Source: Octopus sinensis
Lineage: Eukaryota
Length of the DNA stretch: 64,000 nucleotides
NCBI RefSeq assembly: GCF_006345805.1
Contig: NC_043006.1
Coordinates: 69,874,001-69,938,000 of the forward strand
Direction: 5' to 3'
The position numbers were made by a program, and so were the translations under genes. Within the stretch, counting starts at the first letter, position 1. Every line of letters begins with the position of its first letter. The notes under the pieces were generated by a model that saw only the letters and a program-made list of their open reading frames with translations, had not been told where the DNA came from and did no database searches. Positions 1 through 14,317 of this stretch are shown here, piece after piece.

Positions 1-930
1 TTTCCACCTGGGAATGGTTGCTCCCGATTAACATACCAGTACTGTTTATCAAGGAAATCACTCCAAGGCTTCGATTTGTTTGATTGAAGGGAAAATCACA
101 CGTTGTCGAAGGTAGTAAGGTAGTAATCTTCGTTCAGTTTGGATTTCAATATGATCTGGTCCAGTCACGTGTGTTGCTGATGAGAGAATGTGTTTCCTCT
201 TATGTCTACACTTAGAGATGCTTTCTTTCTAAAGTCATTAGCTAATTCAATTAGGACTTCAAATTTTTTTTACATGCATATTTTACATCTGCTATTATTG
301 CTGTCGATTTATGGTTTAGCCATTCCTGTGATTCTCCACGTCTTCATGTGATATCCATATTACTGATATTCAATATAAAATGTGACAATGTTATAGAATT
401 CATTTTATCCATGAATATAAATAAATGAGTATGTTGCGTATATCGAATTTGGAAGGTGTTTTTACTATTACTTCTACGCATACATTTAAAATTCTATCTG
501 CTGTTCTCACATCAGCCCTATACACAAACATCTTCAATAAACATTTTCCATAAAAATCATAGTTTAGTATGTTTCTGAAGTTCAATTAAGTTTGTGATGT
601 GCTGGCCTTATCAGGAATTTGGTGATAGAGAATGGTAGGACTATTATAAAGAATTCTTGTTAAATAGTTTGCAATATGTGTGTGAAACAGGGAAAGTGTA
701 TATATTGAACAGTAACAAAGTTCCTCTCTATGTTTGTGGATACATATATACTATATTGTAATAAATTATCCAGTTATTTTTATGTTTTGTGGACAGAACT
801 GGTATAGAATGTTGTATGAACTTCAATTTGAGTTTAAATATTTTCTTACAATGCATTTGTTATGAGGTGCGGCGGTTTAGTGAATCCTATTTGGCGTGAT
901 CTAATCGAAATATAAATTAAGTAACTGTAC
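1..930 (-). mobile_element. Degenerate Penelope-like element, C-terminal linker and GIY-YIG endonuclease region
   Basis: Minus-strand translation across stops and frameshifts gives VSTNIERNF..HFP, GKCLLKMFVYRADV, NTFQIRYTQH, WRITGMAKP..SRCKIC and SKCRHKRKHIL, which are typical PLE C-terminal motifs. Confidence 0.7.
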
Positions 931-1021
931 TGTATATATCATAAACTATGTCTTCCAAACTGGAGCTCTTCTAACAAACTCTGACTCATTCGTCGACAAC
1001 ACTCAACCTGAGATAATCAAT

Positions 1022-1097
<76 letters not shown>

Positions 1098-1113
1098 GCA
1101 CTCACACATGCAC

Positions 1114-1163
<50 letters not shown>

Positions 1164-1211
1164 ATACTTACATATATATATACGTACATATATATGTATA
1201 TATATATATTA

Positions 1212-1581
1212 TTTTACTTGTTTCAGTCATTTTAACTTCGGCCATTCTGGAGCACCGCCTCGAAGGGTTTTATTTGAACAAATCAACCCCAAGACTTATG
1301 TTTTAAAAGCCTAGTACCTGTTCTACCGTTCTGTTTTGGCGAACAGTTCAGTTACGGAGGCGTAAACACACAACACCGGTTGTGAAGCGGTGACGGTGGG
1401 GTACACAGACCCAAAGACACACATACAAACACACACATACGACGGGCTTCTTTCAGCTTCCGTCTACCAAATCTGCTCACAAGGCTTTGGTTGGCCCAAG
1501 ACTATAGTAGAAGACACTTGCCCAAGGTGTCACGCAGTGGGACTGAACCCTGAACTATGTGTTTGAGAAGCACACGCCTAT
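1212..1581 (-). mobile_element. tRNA-derived SINE, family B (CORE-like CCTTGGGCAAGT body, GGCGGTGCTCCAG tail)
   Basis: Matches the copies at 5978, 14722-16207, 23137, 25712, 51826 and 57335. Confidence 0.85.
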
Positions 1582-2966
1582 GCCTAAGATATATATATAT
1601 ATATATATATATATTAAATACCTTTCGTAACATCACCTTTAAAATATTCAATATCACTAAAAGAAAATGTTGGTTGAACAAACGTGTAAAATGAGCAACT
1701 CCAAGCAGCGACAGTGTCAATTAACAGCGCGTATGATAACTAATCATACTCTACAATCTCTGATTAGTAATTTTACATTCGTTTTCTGAACATAATAACT
1801 AAATAATGTTCTAATATCGATGGAGAAGCATAAAAAAAAATGAGGCAGAATATTCATTAACTACACAGACAACATAAAACATTTAATAAGAATTCAGTAT
1901 AATCTAGGTATAATCCTTTGCATAGGAAAAATACAGGTTCCCTTCGTTCAAATTTATCTCATTACCAGATATTTTTAGAATTCATAATCGTTAATTACAA
2001 TTTCAAAATAAATTACAAGACATAGTCAATAGCTTTTAGAATGACATAGATAGATTTCGAATGAAATCTCTGAAAAAATAACCTATATGCATGTCACGTG
2101 GTATCTTAGTAGAATTTTGTCAAAATTATAAACTTTACATTGAAACTACATCACATGTGATGATTAATTTCAACAATTTCAATTCTAAAAATGAATTAGG
2201 GGCCTAACGGGACCAAAAAAACAGGGAAAATCTGATTGGCAACAAAGTGTACTATAGTAGGTGTATGCAAGTGTATGTGTGTGTATATGAGTGTGTGAGA
2301 GTGTGGGTAGGATGAGGGCGTAACTGAAGCATTTGTGGAAAGAGCATGGACGTTATGGCGGTCTTAAAAGAGATAATTAATACTCTACCAATGAAGTTTA
2401 ATAAAATTACAACTCGTTTGGTTAATTTTATGAATTGAATGATTTTAGTGGTTGGCAGTTCCTTCAGACTAAATCGTATCTTTAACGTTAGCAATCTTTT
2501 GAAGGCTGACTAACATTCCCTCACATCTCCGATTTCTCTCTCTGTCCCTTTCTTTCTCTCTCTCTCTCTCTCTCTCTCCTTCTTCCTCTCTCCTTTTTTA
2601 TCTCTATATCTTTCTCTTTCTCTTTCGATATGATAATTCTTGATATTGAAATACATAGAATGCCATAAATTTTCTGAATAGTCTTCACAACAATACAAAG
2701 ACGATTCTATACTTCTATACAAACTGTTCATGATAATATATAATTTAGAAGCATATGACTTCTGTATCTTCTGTATAGCCAACACAATCTTTGTTTGTTT
2801 CTATTGTTCAATAACTGTAAGATTTATAAGACAACAATTGTAACTGACATAACAGAAGATTAATTTATCTATTGATTCGTACCAATATTTTACCCTATCT
2901 TCATTAATGTGATTTTTTAACAAAGTGCTTTTGCAATGCAATGACTTGCAGTGTACTCTATGCCTA

Positions 2967-3266
2967 TTTCTCTTTGTACTTCACATTTTCCTGCTAATTT
3001 GTCTGCTTCATTTCTTACGCCTAGTATTTTTATGAACTCGTATTACAAGCACCATAATTTGTATATTATTTTCAAATAAATATTTTTCATATTTTTTAAC
3101 CCTTTTACTGCGGAAATTTCTCTTTGTACTTCACATTTTCCTGCTAATTTGTCTGCTTCATTTCTTACGCCTAGTATTTTTATGAACTCGTATTACAAAC
3201 ACCATAATTTGTATATTATTTTCAAATAAATATGTTTCATATCTTTTAACCCTTTTACTGCGGAAA
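2967..3266. repeat. 150-bp direct tandem duplication
   Basis: 2967-3116 and 3117-3266 are near-identical (tttctctttgtac...gcggaaa). Confidence 0.9.
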
Positions 3267-3484
3267 CCAGATATATCCACCTGAAATTTCGTTACCCTTA
3301 GCAGCAGAAAGCAGTTTTATACACCAATCTACCTTTCGTTAAGAAACGTCAAAACTATTTTCTCTTGAGATATGTCAAATTAATTGAGACAGCGTGACTT
3401 GTAGAAAATACCGATTTCAATTCTTAGCAGATATTTAAATCATTCCTGGAATAACAAGGAAATTTAATTTCGCAGTGAAAAGGG
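3250..3484. mobile_element. MITE-like element with imperfect TIRs; diverged second copy at about 3559-3774
   Basis: TTAA|cccttttactgcggaaa at the left end and tttcgcagtgaaaaggg at the right end. The internal sequence recurs, diverged, at 3559-3774 ending aaagga|TTAA. Confidence 0.45.
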
Positions 3485-3924
3485 TATGGCAGTAATCTCT
3501 AATTTTAAGAAGACTTGATTGCTACTTCTAACTAATTAAGGACTACATTATCTAACTACACTTTTTCTGCAGAAATCAAATATATCCACTCAAAATTTAA
3601 TTACCCTTCACTGTAAAAAGCAGTTTTAGATACCAATCTAATCTTTGACGAGGAATGTTATATTTGAAATTATTTTTTTAACCATGACTTACAGAAGATA
3701 CCAATTCTGTTTTCTGGTAAGTATTTGATATCATTACTGGAATAATCATGAAATTCTATTTTACAGTTAAAGGATTAAACAATATACTTTCAAATGTTTA
3801 TGATGACTTTTTGGAGAGTGTAATAATACACGATTAGATAAGCAATTAGTAAATTAAAAAGAAAACGTTATTCCTGTAGTATTTCTTTAGCAGAATGTTA
3901 CTACTCTTCACCAGCCTAAGACGG

Positions 3925-4349
3925 TGTGATGGCAATATCGTTAGCACGCCGACCGAAATGTTTAGTAGCACTTACGTTCTGAGTTCAAATCCCGTCGATG
4001 TCGACTGTGCCTTTTTATCATTTCGGAGTCGATAAAATAAGTACCAGTCGAGAACTGGGATCGACTAGACCCCTCTCACAAAATTTCAGGCCTTGCGCCT
4101 ATAGTAGAAAGAATTATTATTTTTAAGGCAGCAGGCTGGCAGAATCGGGAGCAAGTCGGACATCATGCTTAGCGGCATTTTGTCCATTTTTACGTTCTGG
4201 ATTCAAATTCTACCCATGTCCATTTTGCCATTCATCCTTTCGGGGTCGATAAAATAAGTACCATTTGAGCTTTGGGATCGATGTGACCGACTTTCCCTAC
4301 ATCCCACCTCAATGGAAATTGCTCGCCTTGTGGCAAAATATAAAACAAC

Positions 4350-4433
<84 letters not shown>

Positions 4434-4540
4434 AAACAACTTTACCTTTCATCCTTTCGGAGTCGATAAAATAAGTACAGTTTGAGCACTGGGCGAGATG
4501 TAATAGACTAACCTCCTGCCCCGAAAACGCTATCTTGGGC
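3925..4540 (+). mobile_element. Cluster of tRNA-derived SINE family A copies (about 3925-4110, 4125-4330, fragment 4441-4540)
   Basis: B-box-like gagttcaaat and a shared body ctttcatcctttcggggtcgataaaataagtacc. Confidence 0.8.
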
Positions 4541-5977
4541 CAACATTTGAGATTATTATTATTGTTGGTGGTGGTGTTGTTTTTATGTCATTCCCTTGTT
4601 TTCTTTTTCCTGTTATACATCTACTGTCTTTTATCCCTGCTGTTTAGTACCGTGAAAACACCGTATGAAATGAACCAGTGATAAAAGAATAATACTACAT
4701 AATGGAAAACAGGTTTCTTTCTAAGATCCCGTGTTATCCTGAACGTTGTGGATGGTCGTTGGAGTGCTCTATTGCAGTCCAAGCAGAAACTTTGACTGAC
4801 TACCGACCCGTGGTATCACAAATCAATCCGTGATAAGCGCAACATGGTTTACAATTGAGTGTACTGTGTTAACCGGATCAGTGGTGAATGAATCATTGAT
4901 AAACGCGTACAGATATATTAATTGTTCTTCCAATAGTGTTCTTTCCTATTATCTTAATTGTTCTTCCTACGAAGGTTGCGAAATATCATATTGCTTTCTT
5001 TGGGATTTAAATCGATCAATTAGCAATTTGTGGTTTCTGTGTACTTCCATCAAAGCAGAAATAGGAAAGAAGCCTGCAACATGAAAATAGTTATTTTTGA
5101 TGGAAGGAACGGGGAGATCATAAACAGCTTTATTTAATTTCTTCGATTTTTATACAGCATTTTTTTCAATATCTTGAAGATAATTAATAATAGTATCTTC
5201 CATTATCCCAACTACTATATGGAAATAGAGATAGAATTTTAATTATACTTTTAATAAATATTCTGCAATGTTTAGATGTTAAACAGCGATGTTCGTTTTA
5301 AGGTGATTCTAACAGCGTACTGTATTAAAATTATATTTTTCAAGAAACACTTAATGAATTTCTTTGTTTAAATCTGATTGCAACCAAATACCAAGAATTT
5401 TAATAGCAGTCCAATAATTGATTCATTAAATATATTTCATTACATAGATAATTAAGAGATTCGGGGTCATAAAAATGAATTGTTTTAGAAATATCAAATT
5501 ATCCATTTTCGTTTGTCTGTTGCAGGACAACTGATACAGCTATAGACATCTTGTTATCGTTATTTACAACACTGACGAAGCACATAAATTTAAACTATCA
5601 GCCAAATCTGGCATTTGCACAATTTCATTTTAAGTTGACAAATCTTTTATAAAGAATAAAAATACAATAGAAAAAAAAAACAAGACAAGCACGTTGAAGA
5701 GAAGATATAGAATTAGTCTTGTGTTATTACTGTAAATTAATCTTTTGGTGCAAGGAATGAGAAAACAAGCAACCCAATTACAAAGAGAGTTTGGAATTTT
5801 ATAATTATGACAAAATTTTTAATTAAAATGTCGTGTTTTAGCGTTAATCGACTCTATCTATAGCTGAAGAGGTCACTCTGGTCGAGGGTTTTTTTAATTC
5901 GTTCAGAACTTTTTAACTAATGTTATTTTCAGCACTTGTTTTGTTTGTTATTTTCTTTTTTTCAGAATTTTTATTCT

Positions 5978-6119
5978 GGCTGTGTGGTAAGTAGCTTGCT
6001 TATCAAACACATGGTTCCAGGTTCAATCTCACTGCGTCTTCTACTATTGCCTCGGGCCGACCAAAGCCTTGTGAGTGAATTTGGTAGACGGAAACTGAAA
6101 GAAGCCTGTTCTATATATG

Positions 6120-6151
<32 letters not shown>

Positions 6152-6378
6152 ATACATATGTGTGTGTGTGTGTGTTTGTGTGTTTGTGTTTCTGTGCTTG
6201 TCTCCCACCACCATCGCTTGATAACCGATGCTGGTGCGTTTACGTCCTCGTAACTTAGCAGTTCGGAAAAAGAGCCAATATTAGGTTTACAAAGAATAAG
6301 TCCTGGGATCGATTTTCTTGCCTAAAGGCGGTGCTCCAAGCATGGCTGCAGTTAGATCACTGAAACAGGTAAAAGAAT
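5978..6378 (+). mobile_element. SINE family B
   Basis: Head ggctgtgtggtaagtagcttgc, internal (TA)/(TG) tract, tail ggcggtgctccaagcatggc. Confidence 0.85.
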
Positions 6379-6776
6379 AGAAGAATAAAAGAATTCGAAA
6401 CTCGAAGTAAGAATTGGGAAAATATTCTTTATTTCACAACAGAAAATCTCTAAACCGTTTGTCCAACATTCTCAATAGATTAATTAGTAAAGCTAAAAGG
6501 TTAATATAATCCAGTTCAATAATAATCTTTAGTTGGATTCGGCATTATGGAGCAAATAAACAACTTCATATATCTGATCGTTGTTGAAATTTAATTAAAT
6601 TCTTCAACATAATTAGTACTATTCCTTGTATTACATTCTACGTTTTAATAATGATGAAATTTGATATTTTGTTAGGCAAGCTCCTGCTTTAAAATTATCT
6701 TTTGCTGATAATACACTTTTAATGGCAACGGAAAGTCTATAGTTAGATGGAGACAAGTCTTTGTGTGTGTATGTGT

Positions 6777-6814
<38 letters not shown>

Positions 6815-6866
6815 TTTTTTACAAGGAAATTTTCCCAGTAAATAACTCAATTCGGAAGTATCTGGG

Positions 6867-6945
<79 letters not shown>

Positions 6946-7005
6946 TAATAATGATGATAATTATTCTTGTTATTACAATTATTTATTGTTGTAGTTGTTA
7001 ATGAA

Positions 7006-7091
<86 letters not shown>

Positions 7092-7092
7092 T

Positions 7093-7600
7093 ATTGTCTT
7101 TGCATAGCTTCTAGCGCTGGAGATGTACTACAGTGCCAGATGTTGACTACCAGTGAACTAAGGTAACATCCCTTAATTTTCGAGCACCATCCGGAGTATA
7201 CGAGCGGTTCCAAGCAGTGCTGTTTTCTGCAAGTGCTCCATCCTTATTGCAGCCCCTATATGTTCCATGTACTTCTCAAGATTTTTACCTACTGTTCCCA
7301 GGGCTCCGATAATTATTGGTACTATTACCACCTTTTTCATCGACCACAACTGCTCAACCTCCCAAACTAAGCTGTCATATCTATCGACTCCCGAGCTAAC
7401 CTGTCATATCTATCGACTTTTCTTTCTTCCTTATCGCATACCTTGTTGTCAGCCGGGCATGCTATATCTATGATCCAGCGTCGTTTGCTTTCTTTCTAAA
7501 TTGACACTATGTCTGATTTCATATTCTCTATCTCAATGTCGCACTGAATCATAAAATCCCATAGGATCTTTGCATTATCCTTTTCGATGATGCCTTCGAG
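7093..7600 (-). mobile_element. 3' fragment of an RLE-endonuclease non-LTR retrotransposon (R4/Dong-like)
   Basis: Translates KILWDFMIQCD..SDIV..IIDIACPAD..IIIGALGTV..LQKTALLGTARILRMVLEN*. The 3' end abuts (TAA)n. Confidence 0.85.
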
Positions 7601-7619
7601 TTTATGTTTTGCTTTGTCA

Positions 7620-7965
7620 AGTCGACTGTCCACAGCCAGCAGACTAAAGTGACATTTATTTACTGATCATACTTCAAGAACACTGACGAGAACATTTTTC
7701 AGTTCTAAGCAATGGTCATTTGTAGGTGCTCTATCTTTATACATTTGTACCAATCTTTTTAAAGCCATGCTGGTAGTTGAGTGTTGATACGTCCAAACGC
7801 GCCAACTACTATTGATATCACCTTCCTTCTCTTCATTTCCTACAACCTGCCTATTTCCCCACTTCATATGGTGTTAGCTGTTCGCTTTTTCTTCTTTTTC
7901 ATTGATCCTGTTGTCACCGGGACATGCTATGTCGATTATCATACAAGTCAGGTTTCCGATGTCTG
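7620..7965 (-). mobile_element. Second, distinct RLE-LINE 3' fragment
   Basis: Translates MIIDIACPGDNRINEKEEK followed by a frameshifted RLE C-terminus. Confidence 0.7.
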
Positions 7966-8056
7966 AAATCTGATGGTCACATTGAATCATTGCATCTCAC
8001 AGGAGTTTGCAATCTTCATCCTGAATATATCCTTTATTATTACTATCATTAATATC

Positions 8057-8126
<70 letters not shown>

Positions 8127-8139
8127 TCGTCATCATCAT

Positions 8140-8294
8140 CATCGTTATTTTGGTTTGGATCAGGTTCGGTCTTATTTCTGGTAGGATTTATGCGAGAAGC
8201 GGGTTACTACCGGTTATCTTAGGTATCCACGAGTTTTCAGCAGTTTTTGAACTGCTTAGGACCCGCCTGATAATCTTTGCTGTCCCTAAAATAC

Positions 8295-8297
<3 letters not shown>
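8140..8297 (-). mobile_element. Third RLE-LINE 3' tip
   Basis: Translates ILGTAKIIRRVLS followed by a 3' UTR; embedded between trinucleotide tracts. Confidence 0.65.
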
Positions 8298-8367
<70 letters not shown>

Positions 8368-8851
8368 GAGTGAGAGAGCAGTTCATGCCATCAAAGTGAC
8401 ACTGGGGTAAAATATACGAAGCCCAATATACCCATCAGGACTACCCGTCTGATAAGGGTACACCAGGCACATGCATCACAACCATATGTGCGCGACATGG
8501 TGATCTCATATCAAGATAAACAGCGCATGACCTTGCAGGTGGGGCCCAGTTAGAATTTTCTTCAGGTTGAGTAGCCCGTCCCGTTCAAAAGGTCCCTGAA
8601 TAAGGGTTGTTTAAGGATGTTGAAAGAACCACCCATGTTTCCAGAGGTGAACTATTCAAACCCCAAAGAATCCCTCTCAGCACATGGCTATGATGCTCCC
8701 CTACTACCTCTGGTCGTGATTAGAGATGCACATATCGTCAGCCACTAAGGGACATGCTCAACTGGTTAAGGATAAGATCAACTGACAAGCAAATGTGTTG
8801 TATTGTGCAGAATATTTGCTGTAGCCCATCTTTTAAACCAAGACAAAACAG
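8368..8851 (+). mobile_element. ~550-bp non-coding interspersed element in (TAA)n, 3'-truncated copy
   Basis: Homologous to 20428-20938 and 21100-21654; all three copies are flanked by TAA/TTA tracts. Confidence 0.8.
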
Positions 8852-8872
8852 TTATTATTATTATTATTATTA

Positions 8873-8904
<32 letters not shown>

Positions 8905-8987
8905 CATTATTATTATTATTATTATTATTATATTATTATTATTATATTATTATTATTATTATATTATTATTATTATCATTATTATCA

Positions 8988-9030
<43 letters not shown>

Positions 9031-9143
9031 CATCATCATCATCGCCATCATCATTATATATATATACACATATATATATATATTCATACATATATATATA
9101 TATATAATATATATATATATATATAACATATATATATATATTA

Positions 9144-9178
<35 letters not shown>

Positions 9179-9395
9179 CCGCGTGGGACACGAACCCACA
9201 ACCCTTTGTTAACGCGGCGGATAGGAAAGCCTTCTATTTTCTGTCGAGGGCTTATATGCTCCGTTAGTAGATTATTTTCCGTAGTCATCATTGCACGGTG
9301 ATTGCCATAAGCTTCAAGCTTATATAAATACCATTATTATTATTTACAGGATTGTAAAACACGACATCGTATAACAAAACCATTATATATATATA

Positions 9396-9476
<81 letters not shown>

Positions 9477-9880
9477 TGTATGTATGTATGTATGTATGTA
9501 TTTATGTATGTATGTGCGCGTGTGTGTGTTCACGCCTCAAATTCATCGTGCGGCCATATTAGGCTTTGAATATCATGCGTGTGTGTATGCAAGTGCGCGT
9601 AAGTTTTAATGAGAATTTGGTTGATGCAGTTGTTTATACTTTCCCACTTTTGTACGACAGAAGAATCTGATGCCTGCTATTGTATAATATTACGAAATTA
9701 TTGATAAATTAAGTGTGTCATAACAGTGAATGAGGAAATAAATGGATGCGATGATTCTATTCTGATGTAATTGTATACCCTCCAACAATTCATTATATAA
9801 ACCTGCATTCCAGACATGAGCAGCCCTCAAATTATGCAACCACGCATGTGCGCACGCACACACACATACTCTCACACACA

Positions 9881-9913
<33 letters not shown>

Positions 9914-10089
9914 GACATACACACAGACGCACGCACATACACACCCACATGCACACAAACATACATACATAAGCACACACACACTCATGCATACAAGCAC
10001 TCACAGACGCAGATAGATACACACATAGAAACATACATTCATATATAAATATATAATATATACACACACACAAACACACGCACAGACAC

Positions 10090-10120
<31 letters not shown>

Positions 10121-10299
10121 CATACATACATACATACATACATACATACATACATACATACATACATACATACATACATACATACATACCAGTTGCATTC
10201 CGGGAGTTTTGAGACATTCTTTAGGAGAGGCAGTTACAGCTGTATTTTTAGGAGAGGTAGTTACAGCTGTAATTATTGTAATTTTAGTAGCTATTACCT

Positions 10300-11021
10300 T
10301 GAAATCTCCCTATTGAAGGAGACTTCTTTAACAGCACTTTAAATATGTCCTACTAAACACTGCTTGCCATAACTGAACAGTCGTTGGTTTGGTAGAATAG
10401 ACTTGATCTATTAAGCAACTCCAAAGGAAAATGTCGCAGGGTTTAAAATCAGGTCTTCTGGCCAGCCAATCATGCGGACTTCAATGATCCATCCATCTCC
10501 CAGAGAAGTGGGCATTCCGCCATTCACAAACAACAATAGCAAAATGCGGAGGAGCGCCATCTTGCATAAAAATCAAATCTTCAATATTCTTCCAAGAACT
10601 GATAACTGACCAGATTTCATCTTGCAGCATGGTGAGATGCCTTTCAGCATTCCTGGTATTACAAAGGATGAAAAGACCCACAATCCTGTTTGAAGTCATT
10701 CCACACCATATCGTTACCCCGGTTCTATTGTGCATTAGTTCAGCTGTAATACGAGGATCTTCTCCTGTCCGGTAGTGGCAATTGTGATGGTTCATACACC
10801 CACCGATGAGGAATACCACTTCATCACTCCAGAGGATATTTTTAAAGAGATCAGACCATGTGTGTAGGGCTTCTAAATTTCAAACAAAATAATAGATCTG
10901 AAAAAAAAAAACAACATAGAATCAATTCCCATACATTAAAGAAAATACACAAGGAATTTGAGCAAAAAATTACAGTTAATGAATAAAGATAGGGAGTTAC
11001 TTTTAAATCCCCCTCTGTGTA
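10300..11021 (-). mobile_element. Internally deleted Tc1/mariner relic, rosa/DD41D-like
   Basis: Translates LWSDEVVF..VTIWCGMT..FMQDGAPPHF..WLARRPDFKPCDIFLW. A TIR-like cagagggggatttaaaagtaactcc lies at about 10993-11018. Confidence 0.75.
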
Positions 11022-11275
11022 TGCGTCTGTGTGTGTGTATGTGTGTGTGTGTGTGTATGTATATATGTATGCATGCATATATACGTACACACATATACAT
11101 ATATATACACGCATATAAATACATATATGTATGCATATATGTGTGTATGTGTGGTTTGTGTGTGTATGTATATATGTATGCATATATACATACACATACA
11201 CACACACACATATATATATGCATACATATATGTATGCATATATATGTGCGTGTGTATGCATATACACACACACAC

Positions 11276-11330
<55 letters not shown>

Positions 11331-11974
11331 TACATATAAAATATGAATGTGTGCGTGAGTGTAATTCCTTGAGGGAATTGGTCCTTGAATTACGTGTAAA
11401 ACTATAAATAATAGCAGCATTGGTCAGAAAATCTTTTGGAATAGAAATATTCGAAGACAGTTTGTGGGACACGAACCCACACCTCCTGCAGACATTAGAG
11501 ACGTTCTACTATCGTACCACGGGTATTTTCAGCGCACTATTTACATACTTGCTATTCATAGCTTATAGTTACTTCGAGAATCAATTCCATAAAGGAATTA
11601 TTCCACGTTCTCTCAAAAACATTTATAACCTTTTATAGCATCAACAATGTGTGTGTGTATTTTGCTTGTTTCAGTCTTTGGACAGCACCAATTTGGGGCA
11701 CCGCCTTCAAGGATTTAGTCGAACAAATATTCCCTATTACTTATAACATTAAACCTGATGGTTATTCTATCATCCGCCTTTGGCTGTGTCACAATTATTC
11801 CAATATCTTGTAATGGTACTAAGTGATTCCTCTATATATTGATCATTAAAATTTACTTTGAGTTGACTGCAATAACCAATTATATGCTGGATGCTAACTA
11901 GCTATTGACCACGATTTCATGACCCTTATAAACTGATGTATGTTTACGTACACATGCACACACACACATACATA

Positions 11975-12010
<36 letters not shown>

Positions 12011-12489
12011 AAGAGAGATAGGGAGAAATATAGAGGTATCATTTTGATTACAGATGAAGGAAATAATACTCAATATATATGACCGATTTTACATTTACTA
12101 CGATACGACTACCGATTTATTCATTTGGTACCTATATACACCCGCCACTCGCGTCCTTTCAGTAACGTTGTCTAACTCAGCATACGTGTTTGTGTGTGTG
12201 CGCGCGTGTATGTACGAGTGCGTGTATGAGTATATATATGTTTATGCGTGTATATGAGTGTATTTGTGTGTGTATTTACTGATGGCGGTAAACACCAGTT
12301 GACCAGGTCGACTTTGCCTTTTATCTTTCCGGGGCCGATAAGTTAAGTATCACTCAAGCACCAGGGCCGAAGCAATCGTTTAACTTCATCCAAACTTTCT
12401 GCCCTTGTGGCTATAGTAGAATAGGCTATTGTTATTTTGAAATTTTAGACACATCCCGGGTGTTATGCTTGATCTCTACATCTAAGTTA

Positions 12490-13110
12490 ACCCCGGCCGC
12501 CAGGGGCAAGTGTCCTCCCGCAGCCGTTATTCTTCGACAGTCCGTGCTTAATGTAGGTCTATGTACTTTGTTACCTTTTATATTTTGACAATTTCACTGG
12601 GGGCGGTAATATTGCTCGCCATCTTCACCTTACTATAGGGGATTTCTGACCTTACTATGAGGGATTTCATAGATTCTGGATTAAAAGTCTTCCGAAATAA
12701 ACTATTGCCCTTCCATATCAACGTTAGAGAAGAGTGAACACCTGACGACATTCAAGATACCTGGTTCCCGAACGAAGCTGGTCTTTGTTTGACTCAGGAC
12801 TTCAGCTCTGTCAAAGAATACTGCTGCAGGAAAGCAGTTATCTCATCCACAAAGAGTTATCTCATCCATTTTTTTCACCGTTCAGGTATGTCAAGAGATG
12901 TTGCAAACTCTGAGCGTGATAGCGCTTGATCAGCCTCGGAATACCGGATCTTATATGCATAGGGCTTAAGGCAGCTGAAGGAGGGTTTATGGCGGCTGAA
13001 GGTATTCCTGATCAGTTAGCACGTCTCCCCAACTACAAATGCAAGAGACAGCACTCCAATCTGGCCAAATACACGGAACGGATACACGGCACTGTATTTA
13101 GGTTGCAATG
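12490..13110 (-). mobile_element. Degenerate L1/Tx1-like LINE ORF2 post-RT fragment
   Basis: Translates VYLARLECCLLHL*LGRRA..RYHAQSLQHLLTYLNGE..YLECRQ; resembles the 24470 fragment. Confidence 0.55.
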
Positions 13111-13826
13111 AATAACAAAGGAAAGGTAACCTCTTTGTTACCTTTCGGAGATAGCAATATATCTAACTTCCTCACAATATATTTCTAGGTTAACTTGCTG
13201 ACCACCCTCTCCTCACCCCCTTTCTTGTTTCTGTATTTTCCATAAGGGCGACATTACAACATCAACAATTGTAATGATCAAATATTGGTTTGACATAGAT
13301 ATTTCAAAACATCGTTATCTCTCTTCTGGTTATTGTTTGGTCAATGATGGGTGTTCACAGCAGAGGTTTGTTGCTTTTAGCAGCTGGCTTCCGGTTTCTC
13401 ATGGAGCTAGGACAGTCGAACTTGTAGTCTGCTCTAGATTGCCAACAACAACGGAAACACACACGCACACACATACGCACACATACCTACGTATGTATGT
13501 GTGTATGTAAGTATGTATGTATGTTTGTGTGTGTGTAAGTATGTATGTGTGTATATATGGAGATAGCTAGAGAGGGAATGGTGAAGAGAGGCATTCACAA
13601 GGACATACATATACTCACATATAAGAAGACACACAGACACCTACACATATACACATAAAAAGATACATATATATACTTACACATTTAGGAAGATACACGT
13701 TTGCGTGTGTGTGTGTGTTTTTGCATGTGTATATAGACACAGATAGTGAAACATACATACATATACAGATAGTGAGAAAGAGTGACAGGCAGAAAAACAT
13801 ACACACACACATACATACACAGAGAG

Positions 13827-13901
<75 letters not shown>

Positions 13902-14168
13902 CTGATAGACATACACCGACACACATACGAAGGGATGTGCACAGTCTCCCACGAAAGATGATATATATTTTCTTGATCGACCGTCTTTAAATTTACCAGT
14001 TCCACCTACAGAGGGCGCTAACTTTTAATAAATTAGGCAATTACTTCCGTTTTGAGTGTGTGAGTATATGTGTGTATATGTGCGCGTGTGGATATTGTGG
14101 GTGCGTGAGAGTAATATGTTCATAAGTTATATACATGGTGTATATCTGTATATAACTTATGTATATAA

Positions 14169-14251
<83 letters not shown>

Positions 14252-14274
14252 ATTATATATATATATATATAAAT

Positions 14275-14308
<34 letters not shown>

Positions 14309-14317
14309 CATAGAAGT

